NCBI GenBank assembly: GCA_965644295.1
Contig: CBFFRP010000412.1
Span: 62,001-126,000, forward strand
From: Paraphysomonas bandaiensis
Lineage: Eukaryota > Protista > Chrysophyceae
Length of the DNA: 64,000 nt
Direction: 5' to 3'
Both the position numbers and the translations under genes were made by a program. The stretch's first letter is position 1. Every line of letters starts with the position of its first letter. Below the pieces are notes generated by a model. It was not told the origin of the DNA, made no database searches, and saw only the letters and a list, made by a program, of their open reading frames with translations. Shown here one piece after another: positions 35,005 to 45,291 of the stretch.

Positions 35005-35385
35005 TGCCCACTCATAGCCGAATGCTTGTGTGGTACAAGAGGGACACCAATTAGTGTCACTTGTGTATAGTAGACGTCTTTGGGCCCTGATGAATGAACA
35101 GGCATCCGGGACAGGGCCCACCTGAAGGGTAACCGGGAATTGGGCTACCTGCTGAAGTCCAGTATCCGGGATGTTCACCTTAAGAACTCAGAGCGGAAGT
35201 GGTCGCACCTTGGTGCTTGCGGCGACGCACAAGCAGCTTCCGTAGCGTTAAATAGTAGGATAAAAAAGTGTGCACTGATTAGTTACAGGTAGAGGTCTAA
35301 CAGTTTGTCTAGCATTCATCTAGCTACTAAGTTTGTGCAGGTTTTTAACGCCTATATATTGCTAATAATAAAACTTTTATAACAT
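35005..35385 (+). mobile_element. SINE-like retroposon, 5'-truncated copy (opposite orientation)
   Basis: Reverse complement of ~21477-21870; ends gctaataataaaactttt. Confidence 0.85.
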
Positions 35386-35997
35386 ATTACAGCAGCAGGT
35401 ATAGTCTGGAGGGGAGTGTAGAGTAGCTCTAGCGCCAGGCCCTCCCACGGTCACGAAGCCGTCTCACTGGTGCAATTTTTCACGCTGACGCATGAAAAAC
35501 AGATGTCTACTAAATCAGTTACAAATTCAAGCTGACTCCAATGTCTTCCCTCCATTATGTACACTCTCGTCCAGCATATGCATCCACCTTCTTCGCCCGA
35601 GTGACTTACGCTAGTAGGAAACTGTGCACCTCCGCTCGGATAAAACCTACTAAAAGTCAGAAATAACATAAAAGCACACAAAAATATACCTGACACTGCT
35701 TGGAGAACAGTGCCAGAGCCTTGATATAATCTCAATGACCTGGGTCAGGATAAACCAAGACTCTAGGCAGTAGACGTGTGAAAAGACATGACAGGTCTAA
35801 TGACATCATTGCCATTTTATTGCCATGCATCCATGAGAAACGTTTGACGCATTACCTCGGTCATTGGCCACACAGATACCGAATAATATGAACTCCTACT
35901 CAGCATCAATCACTCAAAGAAAACGCAGTGAGCAAGCAGAATGTTGATATATTAGACATCTGCTGACTTCAAGTTTTTTGACTTTTATTAAAAGGAA

Positions 35998-36271
35998 AAC
36001 ATCCCGGATGCTTGACTTCAGCAGGCAGCCCAATACCCCGGTTACCCTTCAGGTGGGCCATTCCCGGATGCCTGTTTATTCGTCAGGGCCCAAAGACGTC
36101 TACACAAGTGACACTTCTTAGTGTCCTTGTACCACACAAGCATTAGGCTACGAGTGGGCGAACAATATCTGATGATTATATATGCGGCTCACGTCAGTTT
36201 CCCGGAGAAGTATCTCCGGTACTTATCCCCCAGAACACCATGAAAAGGTGTGAGTCCGACTTTGTTGAGGG
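35998..36271 (-). mobile_element. SINE-like retroposon, 5' half
   Basis: Matches ~21681-21986 with divergence. Confidence 0.85.
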
Positions 36272-36284
36272 AAATGACACCTAA

Positions 36285-36488
36285 ACACCTTGAAATGTTG
36301 GTGTTTCGGGGAGAAAATTAGCATCTTTGGGGTGACATTATAGTTTAGAGAGTTATTCTAATATCTAGCAATAGAATTGAAGGCAATTAATTGGTTAATT
36401 GCATTGCCAATAATTGTTAAATGCTTGATTAATAATTGTAATTATTATTGTTGGACATCTGTCACCAATTAATTGTTACGCAAACCTG
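36285..36488. repeat. Right end of a hAT-like element related to 21177-22868; also similar to ~1916-2020
   Basis: Ends aattaattgttacgcaaacctg (cf. attaattgatacgcaaccctg at 22868). Shares acaccttgaaatgtt, agttattctaa and ttgccaataattg with 1916-2020. Confidence 0.55.
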
Positions 36489-36914
36489 GAGATAATTATA
36501 TATAAGTTCACTCTGTCAACTCTTTAAAGTAGTAAATGTTGACGTTAACGCTTAGGCTACTGATTACTTGTGTTGTGCAAGGTTGTTTCTTTACTTTTTA
36601 GCATGATACTTACGCTCTGTAGATACGAGAATTGAATAGTTGTTGCTGAATAAGCAGTGGCTTGCACATTAATAATTACAGGCGGTTCGAATGTCAATTA
36701 AAAGGCGATAAAAAAACTTGATAACGACATGCAGTGCGTGATAACCTACATAGTGTTAGCGGAAGACTATCAATTGGCTATTTTTAAAAATTTAACGAAC
36801 AGATTCTGACCAAAAGCTATGAGATATTTGTATTTCTAAGTTTTATATATCCAATATGTTCCGTTTAAATGATTGGCATATACAAAAACAAGATAGTACT
36901 TGATACTTAGTGCA

Positions 36915-38766
36915 CTATGGAATATAGCGACCATATTGGCGCATTATATCCCAGTCGTCGAAAACTGTTTTTCGCTTTGAATACATATAGTAGCTCCCCG
37001 CCTTCATTCCGTAACCGAAGGGTCGCAGTAATTGATCCATTCCATCCACAGCGTTCCTACCGGTGGTGTCCATACACCTACTGTATACATCCCCAAACTT
37101 CTTAACACGATGCAAGCAGGAAGCTGCTGCAATCTCAGGCGTGAATGTCCATCTATCTATTCTTTCTCCCTTCGAGTTCAAATGAAGCCTTAGGGATCTT
37201 CTCTCATTCCTATCTGCAATAGAGGTGTTTCCATCGACAAAAATATGTGGGGTACGCAGTCTACGATGACTTTTCTCACCTCTCTGCAAATTCTTACGGT
37301 TCTTGAACGGAAACATGCGATCACAATGCTGTTTGTTACATTAGTGGACGAACTTGGGTACAAGAAAAAATGAACATTCTACCGTGATGATATTTCGAAC
37401 AGTCCAGTGATCACCGGATGGAGGTATATCCGGCCGTTGGGGAGAGCCTGAACGGATAAGCACCTCGCGTTGCTGCGGAGTATCCTCTGAGAAAAGGAAG
37501 GAAGTCAGCAAGCGGCAGAGTCGGTTCGATGTTCCGACGAAATCTTCATATCTTACTGAGACAATCAATAAATTAGACACATAAATGGAATGCAAGTGTG
37601 ACATATATGTAAATACTTATTTCAACATAACCAGATTTGTACCTATTCGGACATTGGATATCGTGAATTCTCTATCGGCCTGTATACAATTCTTGTGAAC
37701 GGGTTAATCACTAGTATCGTGTTTTCATACCTTCAGCCATTGAGCTAACACAGTCATACTATTGATCCACCCAAGAGCAGTGTCTTTTTCCAACCCGTCG
37801 CAACTACGCATCCAGTAGTAAGTAACTGTTCACATTATATCCTTATCACAGATCATACCTTGAGTTGACAGGTCGAACACTACGAGGCACTCCGTAGAGC
37901 AAAGTGGAGAGAGTGTTCAGAGAAGCAGACGGAGTAAATATCCCGGATAAACGATGACTCCGAAGAAGTTCCTTGCGAACAGAAGTGCACCGGGACAGCA
38001 CAATTGACCAAGAACTTCGTTTATGCAGAGCAATATTCAGAGTGAGGGGGTTCTGTCATTGCGCATGATAACTTTACTTGTACTACAACAGTATACAAGT
38101 GAAACTACCTTGATCACAATAACATACTTCACTCGCTTCGCTTTAGAGTAGAGACCTCGAAAGAAAGGTAATTTCAACATATTCTGTGGAGATTTCTCGA
38201 CCAGGAATTGCTTGTCCTCGTCCCACACTTGCTTCCACTGAATAAAAACCTAGTAAAATACAACTTCATGCACAGTACATTCTGATACCTTTTCCAAAAT
38301 TGAACTCTGAATTGAAGGTGGCACAGTTACGTCGGACAAGCTGCACATCTTATTTGCGTAGATGTATCCATTCAAGCTGGCTAAACACATCATCCACATT
38401 AAAAGCTAAAGTGTCGATACTCTATGAGATATACAACCAGGAAGTATCCATTGTCCCTAGAATTCAATGAAAATTGAATCAATAGCACCCAATGATTACC
38501 TCGAAATTGAATCCTATACACTTCCGCACCGTATGAAATAAACTACACTTATCTACCATAGTGCTCACTCCAGGAGTACGAAGCAAAAATTCATTTAACA
38601 GGCTAGATAAATGTCACCAAACCCAAATACTTGCAGACTCTACTAACCTTGTTCCTGATTGTGGCCACCCTGAAATACTGATCACGGTGTGATTTCGTAA
38701 AAAATGCTCGTCGTAGTCAGCACTGCATGCAATGAAAAATAGCAATATCACAAAAACACTGTGCAT
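36915..38766 (-). CDS. P-loop sulfotransferase-like protein, multi-exon
   Basis: Hydrophobic N-terminus, ISGWPQSGT (5'-PSB-like), LVEKSPQN, VRYED, C-terminal LLRPFGY. Many short introns; exon boundaries not fully resolved. Confidence 0.72.
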
Positions 38767-39153
38767 TAGTAATCGTACTGGAGACGAAGGTTGCATAAAT
38801 GGATGGTCAGATGCTTGACGCCAGAGTATTCATCGATCTCACAGCTCATTTCTTTCATTGCGCGCTTCATTCATCTGTTGCTCGTGACAACAATAAATAC
38901 AATAAGAGATCGACTGCATACTGCTGTACATCACCATATACGTTCTGTATTTTCAACTCTTGTTGCCAACAGCAGCACTATGAGGAAATCCCACACATAC
39001 CGCAAGCCAATCCGCAATGCATTTACAGATCTGCCACACACTTCAGCAGATAGACACTGCTGCACACATTACATGATGGACGATGTGCACTTTGCGGAAG
39101 AAATCGAATACCATTGAAGAATATTTTCCATTCTTGTTCAGATCTCATCTGCA

Positions 39154-40002
39154 ATGAATGATGTTCTGAGACTTATCAATAGACTTGTCATACGCAGTCC
39201 GAAGCTTCAAGTTCAGAACACTGTCTTGCGAGGCCGTGGTGTGTTCGCGGTGGGGCCTATTCGCAAAGATGAATTGATTATGCAATCTGTTCCACTAACA
39301 GGGTTTACTACTCAACATCTTCAGCACAGTTTTTGCCCTCTTTGTTTTAAAAACAGTGAAAATAGTTGTTCGAACTGTGCGGTCTGTAAAACCAATCCCT
39401 CGTTAGTCAAGGATATGCGCTATTTTCATAACCACCTCACATACTTGCAAAGCCAGGAAGGTGCTGTAGATAAATTTGGGCCTATGGTTGCAAAGCTTGC
39501 ATATGTCATATGCAGAGAGTTGCGGGCGGGAGAAGATCGGGCGCTGTGTCTCTCTTTGGTACTGAATTTTCCTGATATGGACTCCCGTATAGTAGAACAG
39601 TTCAGACATAAATTCAATACATTGATATCAACACTAAATAATATGGGGTATGAAGAAGAGGTAAGGTCTTTCTGCTCTCTGCAGTGGTATGTGAAGGCTA
39701 TGGGAGTGTTGCACTTGAATGCAATCAGAACAGTCAAACCAGCAGGCTCAGCCTTATATAGTGATATAAGCTTCATGAATCACTCATGCAAACCGTCTGT
39801 AGGTGTCATTTTTGATGCTATGGAGGCAACTGTCGTGGCATTACATGATTTGGACGCAGGTGACGAATTACTGCTGAACTATATTGAGAGTGACAGTGAA
39901 TCGGCGAGTTGGAGTCATAAAGAGGAACAAGACTACCTGAAATATAACTACGGTTTTAGTTGTAAGGATTCTTGTTCATGCGGAAAATACGTTCTGACAT
40001 GA
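39154..40002 (+). CDS. SET-domain (SMYD-like) methyltransferase
   Basis: GRGVFA, Cys-rich MYND-like insert, FMNHSCKP, ELLLNY, post-SET Cys cluster. Confidence 0.9.
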   Translation: MNDVLRLINRLVIRSPKLQVQNTVLRGRGVFAVGPIRKDELIMQSVPLTGFTTQHLQHSFCPLCFKNSENSCSNCAVCKTNPSLVKDMRYFHNHLTYLQSQEGAVDKFGPMVAKLAYVICRELRAGEDRALCLSLVLNFPDMDSRIVEQFRHKFNTLISTLNNMGYEEEVRSFCSLQWYVKAMGVLHLNAIRTVKPAGSALYSDISFMNHSCKPSVGVIFDAMEATVVALHDLDAGDELLLNYIESDSESASWSHKEEQDYLKYNYGFSCKDSCSCGKYVLT

Positions 40003-40446
40003 GTATGCAAAATATTTCAATGCAGTATTTACTTTGATCGGTGACCTTTTCAGTGGGCCCGTCCAGATACCTCAACTATCTAAGTTTATATTGACAGATA
40101 TATTATGGCGTCGTACTGTAGTTCTTATTTTGCATATGCTTTAAAGCTTCTAAATTATAAACAATATTTTGTAAGGTGTTTATTTTAGGTTATAAACTAT
40201 ATATCATATATTGTACACTGTACATTCATGACCGGCCAGAGAAACCAACTCTAGTAGAGTAGAGATAACGAAAGACTCAAGACTACTGATTTATTATTAA
40301 CTACAATAATTGGTGGGTGGACCTTTCACAGAAATAGTGATGTTGTAATTTCTAATTTTACTACACTTTTAAGTTTTAAGCAAGGAGGTGATCTACCACT
40401 ATTCGGTAGGTTTCGTATAAAGTCAACTTGACTCCATATATATTTT

Positions 40447-41643
40447 GGGATATATTATTCAACCTAGTCAATTTGGTTGACTTTCCTAGTCACACCAAAA
40501 TTGGTGTAATAACCTAGTCAAAAGGTGTAAAAACCTAGTCATTAAATAATTAGATTTTTAACTTTACAATGACTAGGTTGACTAGGTCGAATTGAGTATT
40601 CACCTAGTCAAACAGGGGCGCATACTATAGCCATAAATTAGAATTCTATATGCCTCACACTTCGTCTTCACAGTCGAATGCAAATTGGGCTGTTTCTGAT
40701 GACCAAGTCCGGTGTAGCTCCACAGCAATCTTCATTTCATGGGCATCGAACCCCACAATCTTCGGATGAGCAAGGATGTCATCTGGAGCATCAGAAAACC
40801 GACACTGCCAGCGAAGAATTTTTTTATTTCTGTGGTTCGGCACCACGCGGTAATCCACGCACATACCATTCAGGTACTGTGGGTGGCGAACATACGCGTT
40901 CTTCCAGTCCCCTGGCTTAAGGGCCTCCACATCTATGGGGTCATCGTTGATAAGTGCCCTAGCTGCATTGCGAGGCCGGCCGCGTTTCCTTGCAGGCCTG
41001 ATAGTGCTCGCCATGTGCTTTACATCAATGTCCCCTAAGGACATAATTAATATATGTAAGGGTGTGTAAGTGACATACACATACCTCGCAAGTGATGTAC
41101 GGCTAGGGAGTGGGAGCAGTAACGACCATTGTCCCAAAACCGCGGACAGCTGCAAATAAGAGAGGTATAGGTCCTACGGTGTGTGAGAGGTTAGCGTGTT
41201 GTTGTCACACTTGTGCATGATAATTCATAGTTATATTACTAAATTAAGTGATGCTGATAGACCCCCCCAGAGTGCAAGGTTTCATCAATGTTTCTGAAGG
41301 CGACTGAAGGACATCCATGGAGATTGTGTTGAGAAAGAATGGTGTACAAAAGCCTACTTGAGCATTGGAGAGAGCGATGGAATCCTGCCCATGCTGTTAT
41401 ATCTTACTATATTACTGCTCTTTAGCTTTGTGTTCGCCTGATCTATGTTGTATTGATTTTAATTCACCTTCTATGGCCTCATGCTTCTGTAATTCGTAGC
41501 TATATGCGAGTACAATTCATGACTAGGTTTAATACTATAATTGGCTAGGTTGAGTCATTTATTGCTTTGACTAGAGGTTATTACACCAATTTTGGTGTGA
41601 CTAGGAAAGTCAACCAAATTGACTAGGTTGAATAATATATCCC
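40447..41643. mobile_element. Non-autonomous Mutator-like (MULE) element
   Basis: ~75-bp TIRs starting gggatatattattcaacctagtc; perfect 9-bp TSD atatatttt; subterminal cctagtca repeats. Confidence 0.9.
40655..41040 (-). CDS. Putative exon inside the MULE encoding an AT-hook (RKRGRPR) protein fragment
   Basis: Open frame preceded by an AG acceptor (~41036) and an upstream GT donor (~41084); function unknown. Confidence 0.45.
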
Positions 41644-42439
41644 ATATATTTTCCCTTCATAATAATATTCAGCACAGGAATCTACCTTACACTCTTCCCC
41701 AGAGTGACTTAAGATAGTAGGAATTCGTGCATCTTCTCGCACAAATGAAAAATGATAAAAGAAGAATAAATATATGTCTTAAAAATTCACCGATGTACAG
41801 CCCACAGCTTGGCAAAGAGTGTCAGAGCATCGTTACAAACTCAGAAACCTGAGTCAGTAAACGGGTGGGTAAGACATAAAGTGTGTAATCAGATGAAGTA
41901 TAGCATCACTAAATATATATTCAACAACCTATCATTTTTTGTTATTTAGCAAAATGCAGATATATAATATAGTATTATAATATACGTAATTGAACTACCA
42001 CATTATTGTGGTGTTGAGTATAATAATATCATACAATGTATGATGTCAGAGATATATTGGTAATACACCAAAATGAACAGCTGAAGGCGCAGGAGGCCGA
42101 CTACGAGGAATGACGGTGGGCGGCATATAAGATGCCGTCCGAAAACATCAATTAAAGGCGCAGGCAGGGAAAGGGCCTGCACGAAGTCGATTTTAAATTA
42201 TATATCGTTCTCTTTTCTGCTCTCAGAGACTCTTTTAGTTCCTACATCAAATATTTGACTGGTGGAAGAGGGACGGAGTCGATAAGGATTGCCTCCCTAT
42301 GCATTCACTTTTTCATAGCAACGCGATGCTAACCCTCTGCACAAAAGTCAACAGTTAAATAAATAGTAGCAATAATACTACTGTCTATAAATTTAAGCAG
42401 ATAGTAGCTATTTTTCTTCACTCTGCTCTTTTTCCGTAG

Positions 42440-42502
42440 AAGAAGTTCCGGTACTATTTCTAGACAACCACGGAAAGGTGCGAGTCCGACTGTGTTGGGG
42501 GA
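42440..42502 (-). mobile_element. Diverged 5' head fragment of the SINE-like family
   Basis: Minus strand cccccaacacagtcggactcgcacctttccgtggt...agtaccgga. Confidence 0.65.
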
Positions 42503-42599
42503 ATTACCATGACCAGGTTGCCCCCATTTGACCAGGTTTGGTCATGCCACAGACTTATAGCATATTATATTGAGCTATGATGTATGAGACTATACAATA

Positions 42600-43810
42600 T
42601 ATATTATTGTGTAATTGAAGTGATTTTGTAAGACTTTCTCACTGCTGGACAGTGGCACTGGCGTCGCTATGACACACATCTCCACTCCGACATAGGACCA
42701 CTGCTCGGGGATACACTCGACCTTAGCAACAAACACGACCTCCAGCAACAATACACCACCACCCGGGACGGTGTCTACCATCCCCTTTCGAATCGTGATC
42801 CCCTTTACTGGACACAGAGCGGTGCGAGGCTACACCACACAAACTCCACTCTCTCCGCACCCACAACACCCCCCGACAGTACGACTCTATCTCCCTGATC
42901 GAGAAACTGGCTACGTCTGGGACTTGTCATACACCAACAACGACAGGAACAGAGCAAAAGGAAAACAAGGGAACGAAGCTACAGTAGCAGCGAAATGTAC
43001 CGACTGCAACCATGACCACGGGAGTATCGCACATGTGGTCCTATATAGTGTTCTCACTATATCACGCCGCACAAGCTAGAGACGACATTTACCACCAACA
43101 CCGCCAGGCCATTGAACACCACATTCCTCCGACCATGGTTTTCCTCAACCCTCACCAAAATCTCCTCTGCATCCTGGTTGAGAGATATTTTGGACGGGCA
43201 ATATCACAGCCTCCCACTTAGCACACGCATTCGGCCACCACATCTCCACTGTCCTACAACCCCAGGAGTTCTACCAGCACAAAAAACTAATAATAAAAAT
43301 ACTCAGACCACTTTACAATGGCGGCCTCCGCATGCTTAAGGACAGAGGAAGGCGCCATATCCAAGCTCTCACTCCCAGCACACAGACGACAACGCACATC
43401 ACCAAACCAAGCCAACATGTTCACAAGCCCACCACGCCCAACCCACCAATATTACACCTCCTCCACGTCTCCTCCACCCCCAAAAATCCTCGAGCCAAAT
43501 CACCACCCCCACGCACTCCCACCACGCACAAAAGACAAACACTCGTCACATTCCCCACGCGGCCTCAACCACCTACAGCGCGCTCCTTCCCTCCATACCA
43601 CACAAATCAGGCTCGCCTGATGACTCCGAAGCGCATAGTCCCCACCTCTAGTACAACAGAGGTGTTCCCTAAAGGTCGCCCCTCTGACTAAATGCATTAG
43701 CCGGAACAGTTGCACCATGGTTCTCGCAGCAATGCACAAGTAGTTCCGGGGCGCTAACAGAAAGAGGTTGAAATCGCTTGTTACCTACAGTAGCACTGAC
43801 AAAAAAAATT
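42600..43810 (+). mobile_element. 5'-truncated non-LTR retrotransposon (LINE-like) remnant
   Basis: C/A-rich degenerate coding sequence with C-x2-C-x8-H-x4-(S) motif CTDCNHDHGSIAHVVLYS (42996-43049), followed by the 3' motif shared with the SINE and an A-run at 43801. Boundaries approximate. Confidence 0.6.
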
Positions 43811-44099
43811 TGTAAATATTATGTAGATTAACATTATTATTACTGAGATGTAGTTATTCGTGCATCAATACTATGGTATAAATTCACTTCACGCTATCAG
43901 ACTAGTAAAGCGCCAACAAAGTAATAATCAGACTTTCTTATATATTATATATAGTGATTTAGTAGTGTGCAATAGGAGGGGTAAAATCAGTGCTTTGTTG
44001 TAACGGCTGAATATAGTTACAAAAGAATTAAACGCTGTATGACTATATATGATATAGGTTTGACTGGTGAACATATTACTATGATCTATCCTACTCCCC

Positions 44100-44590
44100 C
44101 TATATGATGGAGGGCTCCGCATGCTTCGCAATAGGGGACACAGACACCACAACGTAGACACGGCACCGGCGACACCGGCCCCGACACACGCAAAGCCCCG
44201 CCAGCCCCAGGATACCCACCCGACACCAAAAGTACTCCAGCTACTCCAGGCGACATCCACCCCACGAACTACACTCTCTGCAAGAGCCCAGACCCGACAG
44301 AGGCAAGCGCAACCACTCCGGAAACAACTTCTCCTTACTTGTAGCCGAAACCCCACCTCAACAACCAGCACCATCTCCACCACCGACTTGCACTCTCATA
44401 TACAACTCGCCTCACCCACCCCCCACATAATCCATGGCACAGGCCCGCCAGACACATTGCCCAAAGGTAGACCCCCGACTAACCTCACTACAAGGGACGG
44501 TTGCACCATGGTGCTCGCAGCGATGCACAAGCAGTCCCGAGACGGTTGCCCGCCACTAGTAGTATATAGCAAATCTAGTTATTAGCTAGT
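44100..44590 (+). mobile_element. Second, shorter LINE-like 3' remnant
   Basis: Similar to 43318-43750 (ctccgcatgctt; aaaggt...PKGRP; ttgcaccatggt...atgcacaag). Confidence 0.55.
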
Positions 44591-45291
44591 CTATAGACAT
44601 AAACTAGTTTCTGTACGCAACCGTACTCATGTAATAATCAGACTTTCATATACATATTACTATGATAAACAGATGTTACTGAGAACAGGTGTTCACCAGA
44701 TGTTACATGAATATGTTGTGAAGTGTTGAGATTAATAACTATAACTTTCCCCTGGAGGTACTTTGTGTGCAACAAAGTAAGTTTAAGGATTAAGTTTAGA
44801 GCAGGGTTAACTTCCGTGTCATGTCCATTTCCAACGGCATCAACTTAGTTAAATAGTTTTGTTACATTAGTTCAGACTCTTCCAAGCCTATTGCTAATAA
44901 TAAGACACTCATTACTTCTAACAGCATAAATAAACATAAGTTATATATATCATAAAAAGTGGGTATCTGAGGGCTTTGTGCTCCAAGAAAAAGGTGAAAA
45001 TGTATTCTAAAGGAGGTTAATTTAAATGATGTGTGAGATTTTATCACTTTTATTTTTCAAAATGATTCGTAGTTTAAACGCTAAAATATGTTCTCCCTAA
45101 GCCAGCATATAGCAGGAGTACGATAAATGTCAAATTGTCCTTGTAGAACGTAATCCGAGAGTTGCTCATGTATAAAATAAGAAAATTAGTCAAATTATAT
45201 AGAATAAAACCATTTATGTAATTCACAAGTTCAACCTGTATGTATAGAAGCACTATCATATTACCTATAATCGTATTAGAATCCGTTTGGG

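Noticed and set aside
35086-35120. CTGATGA/CTGACGA in the SINE as a hammerhead ribozyme core
   Set aside because: No conserved stem II plus GAAA follows; GAAA appears only in copies A/B via a local duplication, and the CTG is sequestered in a gggccctg/cagggccc stem.
35243-35262. gcgttaaatag resembling the pistol ribozyme junction
   Set aside because: Pistol P1 loop pseudoknot and P2/P3 are absent; the segment instead pairs with tttaacgc downstream.
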